64,000 bases of DNA from the human T2T-CHM13v2.0 reference genome, Homo sapiens, in assembly GCF_009914755.1 (NCBI RefSeq), contig NC_060932.1, one strand, 5' to 3'. The position numbers and the translations under genes were made by a program. Under the pieces are notes generated by a model. The model searched no databases and was not told the DNA's origin. It worked only from the letters and a program-made list of their open reading frames with translations. This document shows, piece after piece, positions 15,184-29,655 of this stretch; the stretch's first letter is position 1, and each line of letters begins with the position of its first letter.

Positions 15184-16002
15184 GTAGGGTTTTACCTTTG
15201 ATTATTTACATTTAAACCATTCAACTTTAGTAGTTATGAGTTATTTTCATTTATTTAGAAGTGATTTGACAATAACAAAGAGCTCATTTAACTTAGATAT
15301 AAATCTCTATTCATTAATGGAAAGGCAAAACTATTATTTCTTGAGTCATAGTAGATAAAAATCATTTTTATTTGACTTTATCTTACTTTTTTCTGATTGG
15401 TGTTCTAATCTGTATCTAATATTAACCTGTTTTGTTTCCCCTAAGACCTTTTTCTTTTGAGAAAATTCCAACATAGTTTAGAATAAACTTTATGGATAAA
15501 GGCATATTTCCTACCGTGTGTGTCACCCCTTATCTCTTTGTTAATGGATACTGTTGGAGAAATCCTTGAGTACCTTAAAGAGGATTTGATAATATACTAA
15601 TTATTAAGGTTTTTACAAGAGAATTTAGATACTGGAAACCCTTTACAAAAAAACAAGGTGCTCAGTTGCACATATATTGAGAAACCTGGAGTATAGAGTC
15701 ATAAAATCTTTAAGGAGGCAACTGATTTTGATAGTTGCTTAGAATTCGAATTTCTATTAAGAAATCCCATAGAGATAATGTTTACATAATTTTTTCCTCC
15801 GATCATTGTCCTTTCCTGTGAAATATACTAATCAACATGGTCATCAAATTTTGTGTCACTGGAACTGTTGTTCTCAGTATGTTTCGTATTGTATAATGGT
15901 TATTTTATCCTATGGAGTTTATTGAAGTTTAAGATGCTCTTAAGTGTAATTTGTCAGATCAAATTTTCTGTATAAGATTATTATTACTGACACCCACTAT
16001 AG

Positions 16003-16126
16003 GTGATGAAGTATTAGAATGGAATGGAAGACTACTGCAAGGAGCCACATTTGAGGAAGTGTACAACATCATTCTAGAATCCAAACCTGAACCACAAGTA
16101 GAACTTGTAGTTTCAAGGCCTATTGG
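16003..16126 (+). CDS. RIMS2: RIMS2 exon, PDZ C-terminus (GDEVLEWNG...VVSRPIG)
   Basis: tatag| ... TGG|gtaagt; 124 nt, phase 1 to 2. Confidence 0.97.
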
Positions 16127-17327
16127 GTAAGTTGGTTTCAGTATTTTATATGTGTGTGAAGTTGAATAGTGTTAAACAATATGTAATGTGCCATTTAATA
16201 ATTTCTGATTGCTTTATGGAAATGAATTATTTTGTAGACAATAACTTTTTCTCTTTCCTTAACAAAAGCACCACACCAAAAATAATGATATCTCTTTATC
16301 TGATCATATAGATGGTAGAATATATAGTTAATTACAAAAGAAGAAGAAATATTTAGGTGTTTATTCATTTTGTTGTAACACTTTAGAAGGTGGTTATAGG
16401 ATTTAGTAGGGGAAGGAGACTATAAATCATCTATAGTCTATAAATTTTACATTTTTCAAAATAGAGATTTCAACATAGGAAAGAAAGGGCCAAAGGACAT
16501 ACAATTCCTACATAGAGGTAATAGTTTATGGAAAAACATGAAATCTTTTTTAACAAGGTAGACAAACAGACCAAAAATAAGCAAACACCAAAGTACTCTT
16601 TGGCTTTGTAATTTATACCTCTGTTTTATAAGGCCTATGCATTAAATATAATGCCTATAAATTAAAATTGACAGTTTCCAAACATTAGCAATAAATATTA
16701 AAGAGGCAAGTGAATTACATTACATGCCAAGGTAAAATATATACCTATATCAGAGTAAAAGCAACAGAAAAATACTACTGTTAGTGAATTATTACATGCA
16801 GATTTGGGGTAAGAGCATTCTAGGGTGAAGCCTACAGAAATCCTTTGTTGTAGAATGGTAATGTCCAGTTTTAATTCATTTAGGAAATGATGGGCCTGTA
16901 TTATTTTTATCTCTTTTTTAAAAATGCTGAAGAAAACGACTTAGGGTGGTAGCTTAGTTTTATTGAAATGTTCCTTTTAAAGTATTAAATCTGGCACTTG
17001 AAATTGTATTCATTTTTTATTTTGTCCTTTCATAGTTTTATATTATGGTAAAACTGCAGTGCATAAGATTTGTGTATTGATCAAATATATTTCTTGGTAT
17101 TAAAGGATCTTCAAGTCATATTTTTGTTTAATATTTTAAAGAATTTATAGTTCTTTATGTAATTTACTGAATGAATGTAACCATTAATGTTTACCCCTTG
17201 TGTCAAATCTCAAATAAAAAGATACACTTACTTTTGGTGTAAATATAGTTCCAAGGTAATGTTGAGATTCCCCATAAGAAACATGTTTGCCTTTTTCTCA
17301 ATGATGTTACTACATTTTAAAAGTTTC

Positions 17328-17589
<262 letters not shown>

Positions 17590-18029
17590 TTAATCACAAT
17601 ATGAATATCTTACTTTTTATTTTGGTGATATTTTATTTGCACTTTAATGTTACTCATTTAGAATAGCAGGTAAAACCAAAGAGCAGAATAGAATAAAAAT
17701 GTATCTGTAAAACTTATCTTGTTGAATGCAAATTTTTTATAATGGGTAATTGTGTAGTGAGGCACATAGAAAATAAAGTCTGTTTTTAAAAGTATGCTAT
17801 GGATGCATGTGAATTTTAATTCCTTTTAAATAGTTGGGGTTAGCCCAGGATACTTTTATTAGCAATAAGTACTAAGGCTTGTTTGTTTCTTATTTATATA
17901 ATGCCACTATTATACACAGTTTTCTTCATTTTACACTCTCCTATTAATAGGTTGATAATAATAAAAAATATGAGTTGCATTAATTGTTGAAACAGTTTCT
18001 GTCTTTCTTTTTTTTTTTAATCATTTCAG

Positions 18030-18076
18030 AGATATACCGCGAATACCTGATAGCACACATGCACAACTGGAGTCCA
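18030..18076 (+). CDS. RIMS2: RIMS2 exon (DIPRIPDSTHAQLES)
   Basis: ttttaatcatttcag| ... CCA|gtaagt; 47 nt, phase 2 to 1. Confidence 0.95.
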
Positions 18077-18679
18077 GTAAGTTTTATTTATGCTGGAAGA
18101 AAACGTTATTTATAATTGCATTCATCAGAGATCAGATGAAGTATTTAACTAGTAATGTGAAGTAAGAAATATGATAACCTTGTTATCAAGTCTGTAAGCA
18201 TATAAAGATGGAAAATTTAGTATTATTTCATGTCACTGTGGGAAAAACAAAAATGTAGAATATTTTAAGTTTTTTTTAAACATGTCTTATTACAGATTTT
18301 TAGATAGCATTATTAAGGTATACTACAATAAACTGCATATACTTAAAGTACACAATTAGGTAAGTTTTGAAATACATATATACCTGTGAAACCATCATCC
18401 CAACAAAAAATCATGAATATATTCACTACTCCCAAAAATTCATCCCCAAAACTTCCCCTAGTTTTAAAATTTGCTATTTGTAACCTCATCCTCATTAAGT
18501 GGGGGGAAATGCTTGGAATAAACTAGTGAATAATTACATTTATTCTAATTTCTATTTTTGGAAAGTGGGATAACAGTTCTGATTTAACGTCAGAGCAGTA
18601 GTGGAACAATAAATACAGAAGTTTAATGTCAAATTTATCTATAATTTAAAAAATTATTTTGAGTGCTATTTCCAATGTT

Positions 18680-19240
18680 AAATTAATTTTTTCCAATGAA
18701 CTAAGTTACTTTATTGATTGAGAGTACAGTAAGGGATATTGGGAGAGAGGAAAAAAAGGATTGCAGTTTGAAATATGTTGATCAGGATAGACCACACTGA
18801 GAAGGAAGGATTGAAGGAAACATTTGGAGTGGCTGCCTGGGGGGAAATCTTTCCAGGTACAGGATAGGTGGATGCAATGGCAAGAAAGCCTAAGGTGCAT
18901 TTAAGGAAATTCAACGAGGCCAGTGTAGCTGAATGGAGTGAGCAAGAGGAAGAATGGTATGAATGAGGATAGAGGAATAATGGGCAAATTGCATAGTCTA
19001 TATAACCCACTGTAAGGACTTTGACTTTTACTTTCAGGAAAATTGGGAGCTATCTAGGATGGTTTTGAGTAGATACTTAGTGTTAAAATCTGGCTACTAG
19101 ATTGCAAATAGATTAAATAGAGTCGAGGGTAAAACCAGAGAGACTAGTGAGAAGGCTAATCTAGTGGCAAGATAGTGGTGACTTAAACCGTGGTGGTAGC
19201 AATGAGGATGGTGAGAAGTGGTCAGATTCTCTATATACCA
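18680..19240 (-). mobile_element. L2 fragment
   Basis: gaggccagtgtagctgaatggagtgagcaagagg...gtggtggtagcaatgaggatggtgagaagtggtcagattct. Confidence 0.75.
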
Positions 19241-20296
19241 CAATAGTTGAGAATGTACTATTAAAATAGATGTTTTTTACTTTCATATTTACAATTACAA
19301 GTTTCTTTAAAGTTTTTATCAGAGTAGTCCTTTGAATGCCATAGCTCTATACTTTACAATATGGTCCCATGGCTTATTTGATTTAGTATCTTTGGCTACG
19401 TGCTAAATGATTTTATCCAAAGTAATATCATGATCACATAAAACTCTAACATAAATAATAAAATTATAATTATTATAAAATGATATTATCATCATTATCC
19501 TTATTGCTCCCATTTTATTTAGTACTTGTAACTGTGCTTGATGTTGTACCTATACCATCACATTTAATTTTTACAACAATCCTATGGGGTAGGTTAAAAT
19601 TTTTATTCACCTTTATTACATCTCTCAGATACTGCATGAGCAGCATGGAAACCTTTATCTTATTTTAGCTATTTAAAAAGACCCTAGACTATAATTCCAA
19701 AATCGTTTCTGAGGAGACAGGGGTCCTTTCTCAGATTAGATCCAATCTTTTATTCTTTAAACATTGAGTTTTTTTCCAAGCCCCTGTCCTTAACCCTCTT
19801 TATTCCTGGTTCCTCAATAAATTATTTTCTTCTTATGGTTGTAATTGCCAGCTGTATGACTTCCAAGTTTACATTACCAAAAGGAGCTATCATTGTCCCT
19901 ACATGCCTGGATGTTCAAAGAATACATTCTGTTGTGTCTTCCTGCTACCTAAAGCTTAACAACCTTTATTGTAAAAAACAACAACGACAACAACAACAAC
20001 AAAAAAAACCCAGCTTATTTCTTAGTAGAAAGCTTTCATTCTTTCTACTTGCTAGTAATATAAAAGGTATCACCATTACTTCTAATCCCAAGGCTTGCAG
20101 TTTCCCCTCATTTCCAATTAGGCATACCACTCTACAGGTTAATTTCCAACACTAGTCTCTACTTTGACATTTGGTCCCATCTGTACTTCCACATACCTGC
20201 TTTACATCTCCCATTGGATGTCCCAGAGGTGTTGTAGGTTCACTGTGTTCCCAATTAAGTTTTTATACATCCATTCCCTTAAATATAGGTCTTCCT

Positions 20297-20665
<369 letters not shown>

Positions 20666-21251
20666 TCAGCAATGTTCTGTCGAGAGAACACGACAGACAT
20701 ACAGGGAATGTTCTTGTCCCCAAGAATCAAAATAGTGACAATAAATATTTAACATTTTATTCCTTTTTTTCATGCCCCTCACTTCTTTCTGCCAGTTTGT
20801 TATATTCTGCCAGACATCGTTTTAAAAATTTAATAATTTTGCACTTATTTTCTTAATGTTTGCAAATGTAGTCTGTCTTTCAGTTGCTTTAATGATTTAT
20901 GTTTTGATTACTCCTTGTTTCTACTTTTAAATTTTTCTTAATATGTCATTGTAAGATATGAATATAGTACACTTAACAGATAATAACTAAGTCCTGAGGT
21001 AGAGGTCTGTCTCTACTATAACTGGCACAGAAAATGGTTCACTGTTAGTCTTAAGAGAATCCCTATAGTGCACTTTTGCTTCCAAAAAAACCCTTTAAGA
21101 ATATTTGGAATGTTTTGTCTAAGAAATGGTCTATATAATGACACCTTGTGGACATCAAAAAAATAAATAATTTAAAAGATATATGGCAAAACTTACTAAA
21201 TACTTGTGAAGAGCCATTGTTATTATTCGTTATGTGTAATTATCGTTTCAG

Positions 21252-21364
21252 GTTCTAGCTCCTTTGAATCTCAAAAAATGGATCGTCCTTCTATTTCTGT
21301 TACCTCTCCCATGAGTCCTGGAATGTTGAGGGATGTCCCACAGTTCTTATCAGGACAACTTTCA
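21252..21364 (+). CDS. RIMS2: RIMS2 exon (SSSFESQKMDRP...FLSGQLS)
   Basis: tttcag| ... TCA|gtatgt; 113 nt, phase 1 to 0. Confidence 0.96.
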
Positions 21365-22841
21365 GTATGTAGTCATTACATTTACTCTTCTTTTTGGAAT
21401 ATCAAATAGTGTTTTTAAAATATGATGCTTGTTTTTTACAAACCAAGTTATTCCTAGAACATAATTGTGCTTTTAACCTCCCACTTTCTCATTCTTTTAA
21501 TTTTTGAAATCCAATTTTGATTATTTATCATACTGCTTCATTTATTAAGAGTTAGATTTACTGAAATTTAATAAAAGTTACATTTTGTAAAGGTACCTAA
21601 ACTTTTTTATGTTAGTAATTATAACAAAATTCAAGTTCATAATTTTTGCTCTATACCTTAAGATGACTATAAATTGTCATAGATTTTTAAGAGAAATAAA
21701 AATGTTGCACTATATAAAGATGGTATTTCAGATAAAAGTAAACATGTATTCTTCACTGCTTTTCAACTTTAAGGATATTTGGTGTCAGCTCATAGTAATC
21801 ATTGGAGTTGAATATTGCTATGAAATAAAATGATACTTGAGATATTTTTGTCAATAGACAAAATGAAATAGAGAAATATATAATGGATTGCTAAATACTT
21901 CAGATAACTTTGCACATTAAGTGATCCCTGATTTGAACATTTTAAAATAAAACTTAAATGTTCATTTATGAATTTTATATTGTGTTGATATTAGAGAAAC
22001 TTTACAAATCTAAGTCTTTACTTTTTATTCGTTTGTTCTGTTGTAATTCCCTCATTAAACCATTTTAAAATAGTGAAATAATAAATTTATTGTTATATAT
22101 TAGAAAAATACAGGTTAATATTACCAGTATTGTTGTTGATTACTAAACTTGAAATTTCATGAGTATTAAAAAGCTGTTTAGGTTGTCAAAATTCAGACCT
22201 TGAATTTTGGATTAAAAAAAAGTTACAGTTAAAAACTAAATTATTTGAGGCTGATATTTTAAGCCCAAAAAAGATAGCTTTTTGTTAAATTAGCTATGAA
22301 ATTTCTCCTTTGGTTTTTTTTGGGGGTGGGTGGGGAGGAAAGGGTAGTATTTGATTTTTCTGAAGTATTTTCATTAATTAAAAGGAGTTATAGGAAGTAT
22401 ATGCAAAAAGGAAAAAAGTTCATTTGAAGTTATTAAAAAAATCATTAGACATGTCTTTTTTAGAATGATTTTGACCATAAAGGTGACAATAACAGAAAAG
22501 TTATGTAAGGAATATGTGATGCTATTAGGAGATTGTAAATGTTCCACTAAAATATATTTCTTCCTTTATTATCTTTTTTCCTTTGTATTTCATAAACAGA
22601 GTGAACTTTTTCATTTGAGGCCAGTGGTCTTTTTTCAAGTCTACAAAATAAGTAGCATCTTTCTACTTATTCTTACATATATCGACAGCCCATATGTTGT
22701 CATTTATAGTTAAAAATGTGTATTTTCTTCTACTATACTATAAAATGCTAATAAATGTTGTTTCTTATTATGGATCCATTTCAATAGTTCGTCCTTAAAT
22801 AATGTTTTTGGGGCTGGATGATCCCAGTCCATAAATAAAAC

Positions 22842-22890
22842 TGTGTGTGTGTGTGCGTGCGTGTCTGTCTGTCTGTGTCTGTGTGTATGT
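22842..22890. repeat. (TG)n/(TCTG)n microsatellite
   Basis: Seen directly. Confidence 0.85.
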
Positions 22891-25284
22891 ATAGTTTGCT
22901 TGAGTTGGTAAAGAAGGAGTGGAAGTTAGATTTCTATAATAAGTAAGTATCACTTTGTTATCTCATTTGAATCCCAAGGTCTTATTACAGATTGGACTAG
23001 GAGGGGAGGATGAGAAGCATAGGTCAGGGATTTAGACAAATTTCAAATTCAACTATTTTTCTTCATGGTTCAAAATTAATATGGTAAAAGGTACATCTGT
23101 TAAATATTTGGGGGAAATATAAATGTAGAAGTTTCACTTCTAAATTTATGTATAATGATGTAAAGTTATAGTCTTTAGATTTATAAGTGATTTTGTAATT
23201 TAAAATGTGTACTATTTTCTCCTTTTCTTATGACTTGGAAGGAATATGTTCCACTATGATATTAGTAGTAAAACTTTTAGCTGTATATATTTTGAAATTG
23301 TTCACACATATACCCATACCCCACCCACATATATAAAAAATATTGGTTATAAATATACTGCATATTTATTGTGGGAAATCTGGAAAGTACAGAAAATTAA
23401 TAAGACATAAAATCACCTATAATCCTGACACTGAAATATAACCATTCACTACATATAAATTTTTAAACAAAACTAAAAAGAAATACTCTTTCGAATCCTG
23501 ATTTTTCTCTTAGTAATATTGTGGACTTTTTCCTGTCCTTAAAAATTCCTCTTAAAATTGTTTTAATAGCCATTTTAATACTTCATTGCAACCTAAATCA
23601 CTATTATAGGTTATCTTGCTTGTTTCTAACTTATATTTTTATGAATAATGATACTGTGGAAATCCTTGAATATAAATCTGGAATATTTTTGTTAGGACAA
23701 AATTCAATTGTCAGAATAACCTTCCAGAAATAAAATTACAATATAAAAGGCAAAGGAAAATTTTAGGATTCTTGAAATCTATTTTCAAATTTTTCCTTCA
23801 GAAATGATTTTACCTAATTAAACTCCAATCATCTACTTAAGAAATATATGTTAAGTTTTGACCCCCACATCAGGTATAGTGCTAGTCACTGCAAATATAA
23901 GTTTTTACCTTCATGTAATTTATGAATTTTATTCTTATATTTTTGCATCCAGGAAAACATAACTAAGATGCTATCTTGTATATAATAGTTCCCTTTATAT
24001 TTAATCCTGTCTCTATCAGCCTGGAGACAATTTTGGTTTGCTCTAATGATGTAGAGGTTGGAAAAATATATCTACATATATCAACCCTAAGGAAAACTAG
24101 GAAGTCATAAACCAACATGACAATTCCTTTTTCATTCTTTTCTACCTTTGGACATTTTTGCTTTTGGTTAGTTTTTACTTGGGCCCATACTTCACTTACA
24201 AAATTATGAAACTGCTAATGCCTGAGAACAATGATAATTTCTATAGTATGTGAGCTGACCTTCCTAATATTCTGTCAGTTCATGTCTCAAATAGAAAATA
24301 TATACATATAATATCATTCTCAAAGGAGGTGATTATAAAAAAACATGTAATGTAAATTCGTTGTTTACATTTTCATGCTCAAGGCTGTTGATTTTTTTAA
24401 ATGTATGCAATTTATTTTTTCTCCATGCTTGAATTGTCCTGCTGCTTATTATTCTAGAGCATAACAGTGAAAATGCCATTAATGTTTTTGGTGAAGAAAA
24501 TCAGCATGAGTTCGGGTTTATGCCAAGTAGGCTGTTTGTTAGCATTTTCACTGACAGCACTCCCTTATTAGGACTCCATTTTTAATATGTGTTCTTCCAG
24601 AATTTAGCAGTTTTTTCCTTCTGTGGATTACTTTTGTAGTTCTTAATAGTTTTAATTAGTTTGTAGTCTTTGGCTAGTTTTATAATAGGGCGTTATAAGA
24701 AAATATAGCTTTCAATTATTTTCAAAGTGAGAAAAGGCTCAGAATTCTCTTTCTGTGGAAACATATTACACAGTTGATACTATTGATAATCATATTTTAT
24801 TTCATTCACTTCATGATCTGTGGTTGATTTACGGTTGCAGTGTTTTTCCAAGTTACTTTTAAAAATATCTTTTGACTCCATTTTAAGTAAATATTACAAA
24901 TATCCATTTTATATGCCCATTTAAAAGGAATACATAATTTAAGGAGAGGTATGTGTCCTTTCTATCTCCCTAGAAACTCCATAGCCTTTTAAAAACTTTC
25001 TATAAATGACAGGTTTTTTTGAGCTTTTATCTTTTACATTTCATTGTCATAACTTTGTTATTCTGAAAGTATTGTATGAAAGGAATGTTCTAAAGATAGT
25101 AGTGCAATTAATAGTGGAAAGTGACATTAAAAATGCAAAATGAATTGTGGGGTACAAATTCAGATTCTTCATTTGTATGAAGCCTGAATTGTTATAGAGA
25201 TCATCAGGTCTCTCATGCTTACAATAAATGAATTAATAGTAATTACAAATTACAGTGAGACACATAGTAGTTTGCCATCCCTAT

Positions 25285-25510
25285 CTGAAATATCCATAGA
25301 GACAGAAAGCAGTGGTTACTAATGGACAGCGAGATGGAAAAGTAGGGAGTGATTACGTAAAGTTCAGAGTGTTCTGGGATGATGAAAATATTTTGAAACT
25401 GGAAGGAGGTGGTGATTCCACAGAATTCTGAACACAGTAATTGCCACTGAATTGTATACTTTAAAATAGTCAGTTGTATGTTTTGTGAATTTTACCTTAA
25501 TTGAAAAAAT
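25285..25510 (+). mobile_element. L1M 3'-end fragment
   Basis: tccatagagacagaaagcag...gatgaaaata.tttgaaact...gccactgaattgtatactttaaaatag. Confidence 0.75.
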
Positions 25511-27421
25511 ATTGTCAACGCAAAAATATATTTTTATAGCCATATTTAAAATATAAACTCATGGGTGAAGATTAGGTGTAAATTGCCATAGGTTTCAGAA
25601 GGTTGATTTCAGAAGTCTGTGAGATGCATGTCTGAGTTCATTTTAGAACATGGAAAAATGTTTGCTTTTAAAGGATTAATTTATTTGAAAGTATTCCTTT
25701 TAAAGTGAATCTTTTATTTTATGACATAATATTTACTTGTAAAAATATTCTGTAACGTTAATATTTTTGGTCTAAAACAAAACAGGTAGGAAGACAGGGG
25801 AAATAAAATGTATTTCTAAAGTACCTTGTTTAGTCCCTTTCTTCAACATGCCAAATTTCTCTATGAATTTCATATATCCCCTCTGTCATTTGCTAAAGCA
25901 TTATAATAGCCTGTGGTTATGCCAACAGACATCAGTAACACACTCCACATCTGAATATTTCTTTCTTCCTTTGGGAATATTTCCACATAAAAAGGAAGAC
26001 AGCTTAGATTTGAAACTGCCTTGGTTTTGAAAGAGACAGAGACAGAGAGAGAGAGATTGAGAGAGAGAGAAAGATGACTCATGACTGAATGACAGTCTGC
26101 TTTTAAGTCTGCTTTCCTTTGGGTTTTAGATTTATGTCTTAAATAAACGTGTCTGTTCAATGCCAACTGAATTGAGCAAAAGTACTCCTAGTACTCATTA
26201 TCTGTTTCCAGTTAGCAGTGGAAAGAGAGAAGCCTTTAACTATTTATGATTTTGAAGTAGGCAAGAGAGACATCCATAAGAAATGTGAGGAATGGGATGG
26301 AATCTTGGTGATAGAAGCAGAATTAAATGCCTTGAAATCCATTCCCAAACCTGATTATGTTCTGATTAACTGTTGGAATGCCTAATAAAGGCACAACATT
26401 CTGATTATTGTGATGTCTTTTGGAAACTGTTTCAACATGAAAACAAAAGTCAGTAAGAGAAAAGAAATTTGATTTGATTCTGAGAGTTTGATTTAGTTAT
26501 TTAATTAGAACTGGGTTATATTTTCTGTCTTTACACTATCTTGCTTTTTGTTTGAGTATGGGCAAGTATGACTAGCCCTTTTCTGTGTTTCCTCATCTAC
26601 AAATTGTAAGTAGAAGCAACTACCTCATAAGGTTGTTGGACATACCATGAGGCAATAAACTTACAATAAACTGTCAATAAAGGCTTGGAAAAGTATAACG
26701 AACTGTATAAGCAAAAAGAAACAAGATATTGTCATTAATAGGTGTGATTAGCAGTAAGCAGTGTTATCTTGAGTGATACATAATAAATATCTGATGATGG
26801 TGTTTCAATACTAGAACCTGATAGGGATTCACCAAGTATGAATCAACTAATTAGTCCAACGTATTTCTGCACACTTTTATTTTAATGTGTTTATTCTTTT
26901 AAGAAATTCTAAAGCCAACTTGGCTAATAGTTTTTGGACTTTGGGTAGACATACTTTGGAGAAGTCACACAATTACTTCCACAGATGGCTTTTCACTAAT
27001 GACTCTGTAATACATTTTCAACTAACTTCTTTTTGCACTATTCTATTTTTTATGTAGTGTGTTTAAGGATAAAATATGAAATTTATTGATTCTTGGGTTA
27101 TGCTTATAATCATTCTTTCAAAGTACATGAGCCCAAATATATTATTTTATATCCAGTCTTAATTCTTGTTATGTGAACTACATTTGAAAAATTGGATTAT
27201 ACAAATTCTAATATTTTGTATAGTTTTTAATGTTTTTTGGCATTGGACAAAATTAATTTATTCATCACACTGAAGTACTTAATTTTGATAAATATTGTCA
27301 TGGAAAAATTGTATTTAAGGGATAGTTGTATGTGTTTGTTTTTACTTTTGGTCTTTTAGTTCCAGCGTGTTGTCCTTTTTGGTTTTGTTTTATTGCTTTT
27401 TTCTTTAATTTTGCTTACCAG

Positions 27422-27469
27422 AGCCAAAGCCTTAGTAGAAGAACAACGCCTTTTGTTCCTAGGGTTCAG
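27422..27469 (+). CDS. RIMS2: RIMS2 48-nt cassette exon (SQSLSRRTTPFVPRVQ)
   Basis: Long U-rich tract, ttgcttaccag| ... CAG|gtaaag; phase 0 to 0; peptide recalled from long RIM2 isoforms. Confidence 0.88.
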
Positions 27470-29472
27470 GTAAAGGCCTTGTCTGCCTGATAGAAACTAA
27501 AGTTGTGTTTAACCCTATTTGTATGTTTTTGGAAAATGCGTTAGTAGGAAAACTTTTTTTGTTATGTTGCTCCAAATCATATTATTGACTTTCAAATCAT
27601 TTTATTAGCCAGCTTGTAAAATTTTGCATGGGGATTAGAATATTGAATAAAAATTTAAAGAGACAATCTTTGTTAGTGATTTTATATGATAAACTAAATA
27701 TTAAACCTTATAGATTTCAAAATGGCATTTAATGTAGATTTAATGTAGATTCTACATATATATGACATTTACAGAAATAGCTAATTTTATGCTGTTGATA
27801 TTTTCCTTTATTACACTAAGGTTGCTGTCTCTTTAAATCACTCATTATGTCACTTAACATCTATATTCTCTTGCATTTTCCAAGTTATAACTCCTTGAGG
27901 AGATTGGCAAATAAATTTGTACCTTACTTAAAATATGAATTTTACACATATTATATATAAGGTTCAGTTTTTGGAAAGTATTTTGCTTTGAAAGAACAAA
28001 ATTATAATCCAAATAAAATAAGTTGGATTTATTTTGTTAACATTTTGCCATTGTTTTATTTAATTTTATGTAATACTTGGGTACAAGTTGTTTGCCTCTT
28101 TTCATTAGGAAACCCTTATATGGTAAAGTAATGGCAATATAGTTTTTTTTAAGTAGTATTATGCTCTCCTTGCTTTGCTGCATGTTGTTTTTAAAAAATT
28201 TGTTGCTTCTGAGTAATACTTATTTTGTTTAAATTTTTAAAATTAAATTATTCTTGTTAATATTATACAATATAAAATATTTACCTATGCTGCTTAGGTC
28301 CTACTTAGGAAAATTAAAAATAGTTACATGCTAAAGCCAGAATGAGAAATATTTTAAAACAATTTAAATTATACTAATATTTTTATTAATGAAATTGGGG
28401 CTGAACAGGAACTATGTCAGGACCAGAATTGTGAAGATATGTTTGTTATATTTGGGGGAATCAACAGCTATATTTTAAACACTTATTTAAAAAGCACAGA
28501 TAAGAAATTAAGAATGTTATAAAGTGATGTACCTAATAAAATCTGTTTTGATTATGTGAACTGGATATCTATAAAAAACTTCAATGCAAGTCCTATAATA
28601 TAAATAAAAATTAGTGCTATATTCAAATACTCAGTTTAAGGCAGTCTATTAAAAGGTGTAATTTTGGTCAAATAATTAGTAAAGTTAAAATATGCCTATT
28701 TGCTATTTAAATTACTTTAATATTTGCACATTTGTAATTTTTACTTTAGTAAACTCTAAAATATTATACCAAAAATATGAAAGCCATATGTTTACTCTGT
28801 ATGAGAAATTGATAATATTAGTAACTGATAATATTCAGGTTTTCCATGGCATAAGGAAATCTGAAAAGAATACTCTCTATCAGACTTTTGAAATATATAT
28901 CTCAAATGCTAGTTTTAATGATTTTAAAGGAGAAAAAATGTTGATGGTGGAGATGGCAACAAGTACTTAGTTTAACCCCCCAAAAGGTTCTCATAGAAAT
29001 CAATAATTTGCTCTAATAATTTTTAGCTTAGTCTCATAATAATTATTATTTGTTTCTTAAATGTAACATTTATTGGAAATAAATTGCAGAATTTTTTTTT
29101 CCTTTGAGGCCTTAATATTCATGTCATGACCCTCAGAGAAAGCTTTTTAATGTCTCAGAAAAAATGAAGCCATAAACTCTTTAAAACTGGTGAAAATAGA
29201 GAATACCATAGAAATCAGTTGGGTTTTTGTCACACATTTAGAACCATGATACTATCTATAACACCTCTTTGATCTCATATACAATTAAACACTCCTGCAT
29301 TTCTTTCTTTGTTTTTCACTTATGTCTTTTGCCAGAAGAATAGTCTCTTTTTTGCCCGTTTTTCTTATCTGTATCTATGTTCTAATATTATTAGACAAGC
29401 AAATATTTGAACTGTTTTCCTTTAGTATTTTGGAGACTTTTTTCTTCAAGTTGTTAATCTCTTAATCTAAGG

Positions 29473-29655
29473 CAGTGGTTCTCAAATTTTAATGCACTTG
29501 AGGATCACCAGAGGACTTGTTAAAATCCAACTTCCAGGGCCTCATTCTGATTCAGTAGGTGAGAAGTGGGCCCCAGGAATTTATAACTTTATAATAAATA
29601 AGTGAGATAATACTGACATGGAAAGTTTATTAATCACAATTTGAGAAATACTTGT
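29473..29655. mobile_element. MER5 (hAT-Charlie MITE)
   Basis: cagtggttctcaaa...cttgttaaaat...tctgattcagtaggt...tttgagaaatac. Confidence 0.8.

Noticed and set aside
27350-27372. Microexon at cttttag|ttccagc|gtgttg
   Set aside because: Very weak donor and non-triplet length; more likely part of the pyrimidine tract of exon 27422
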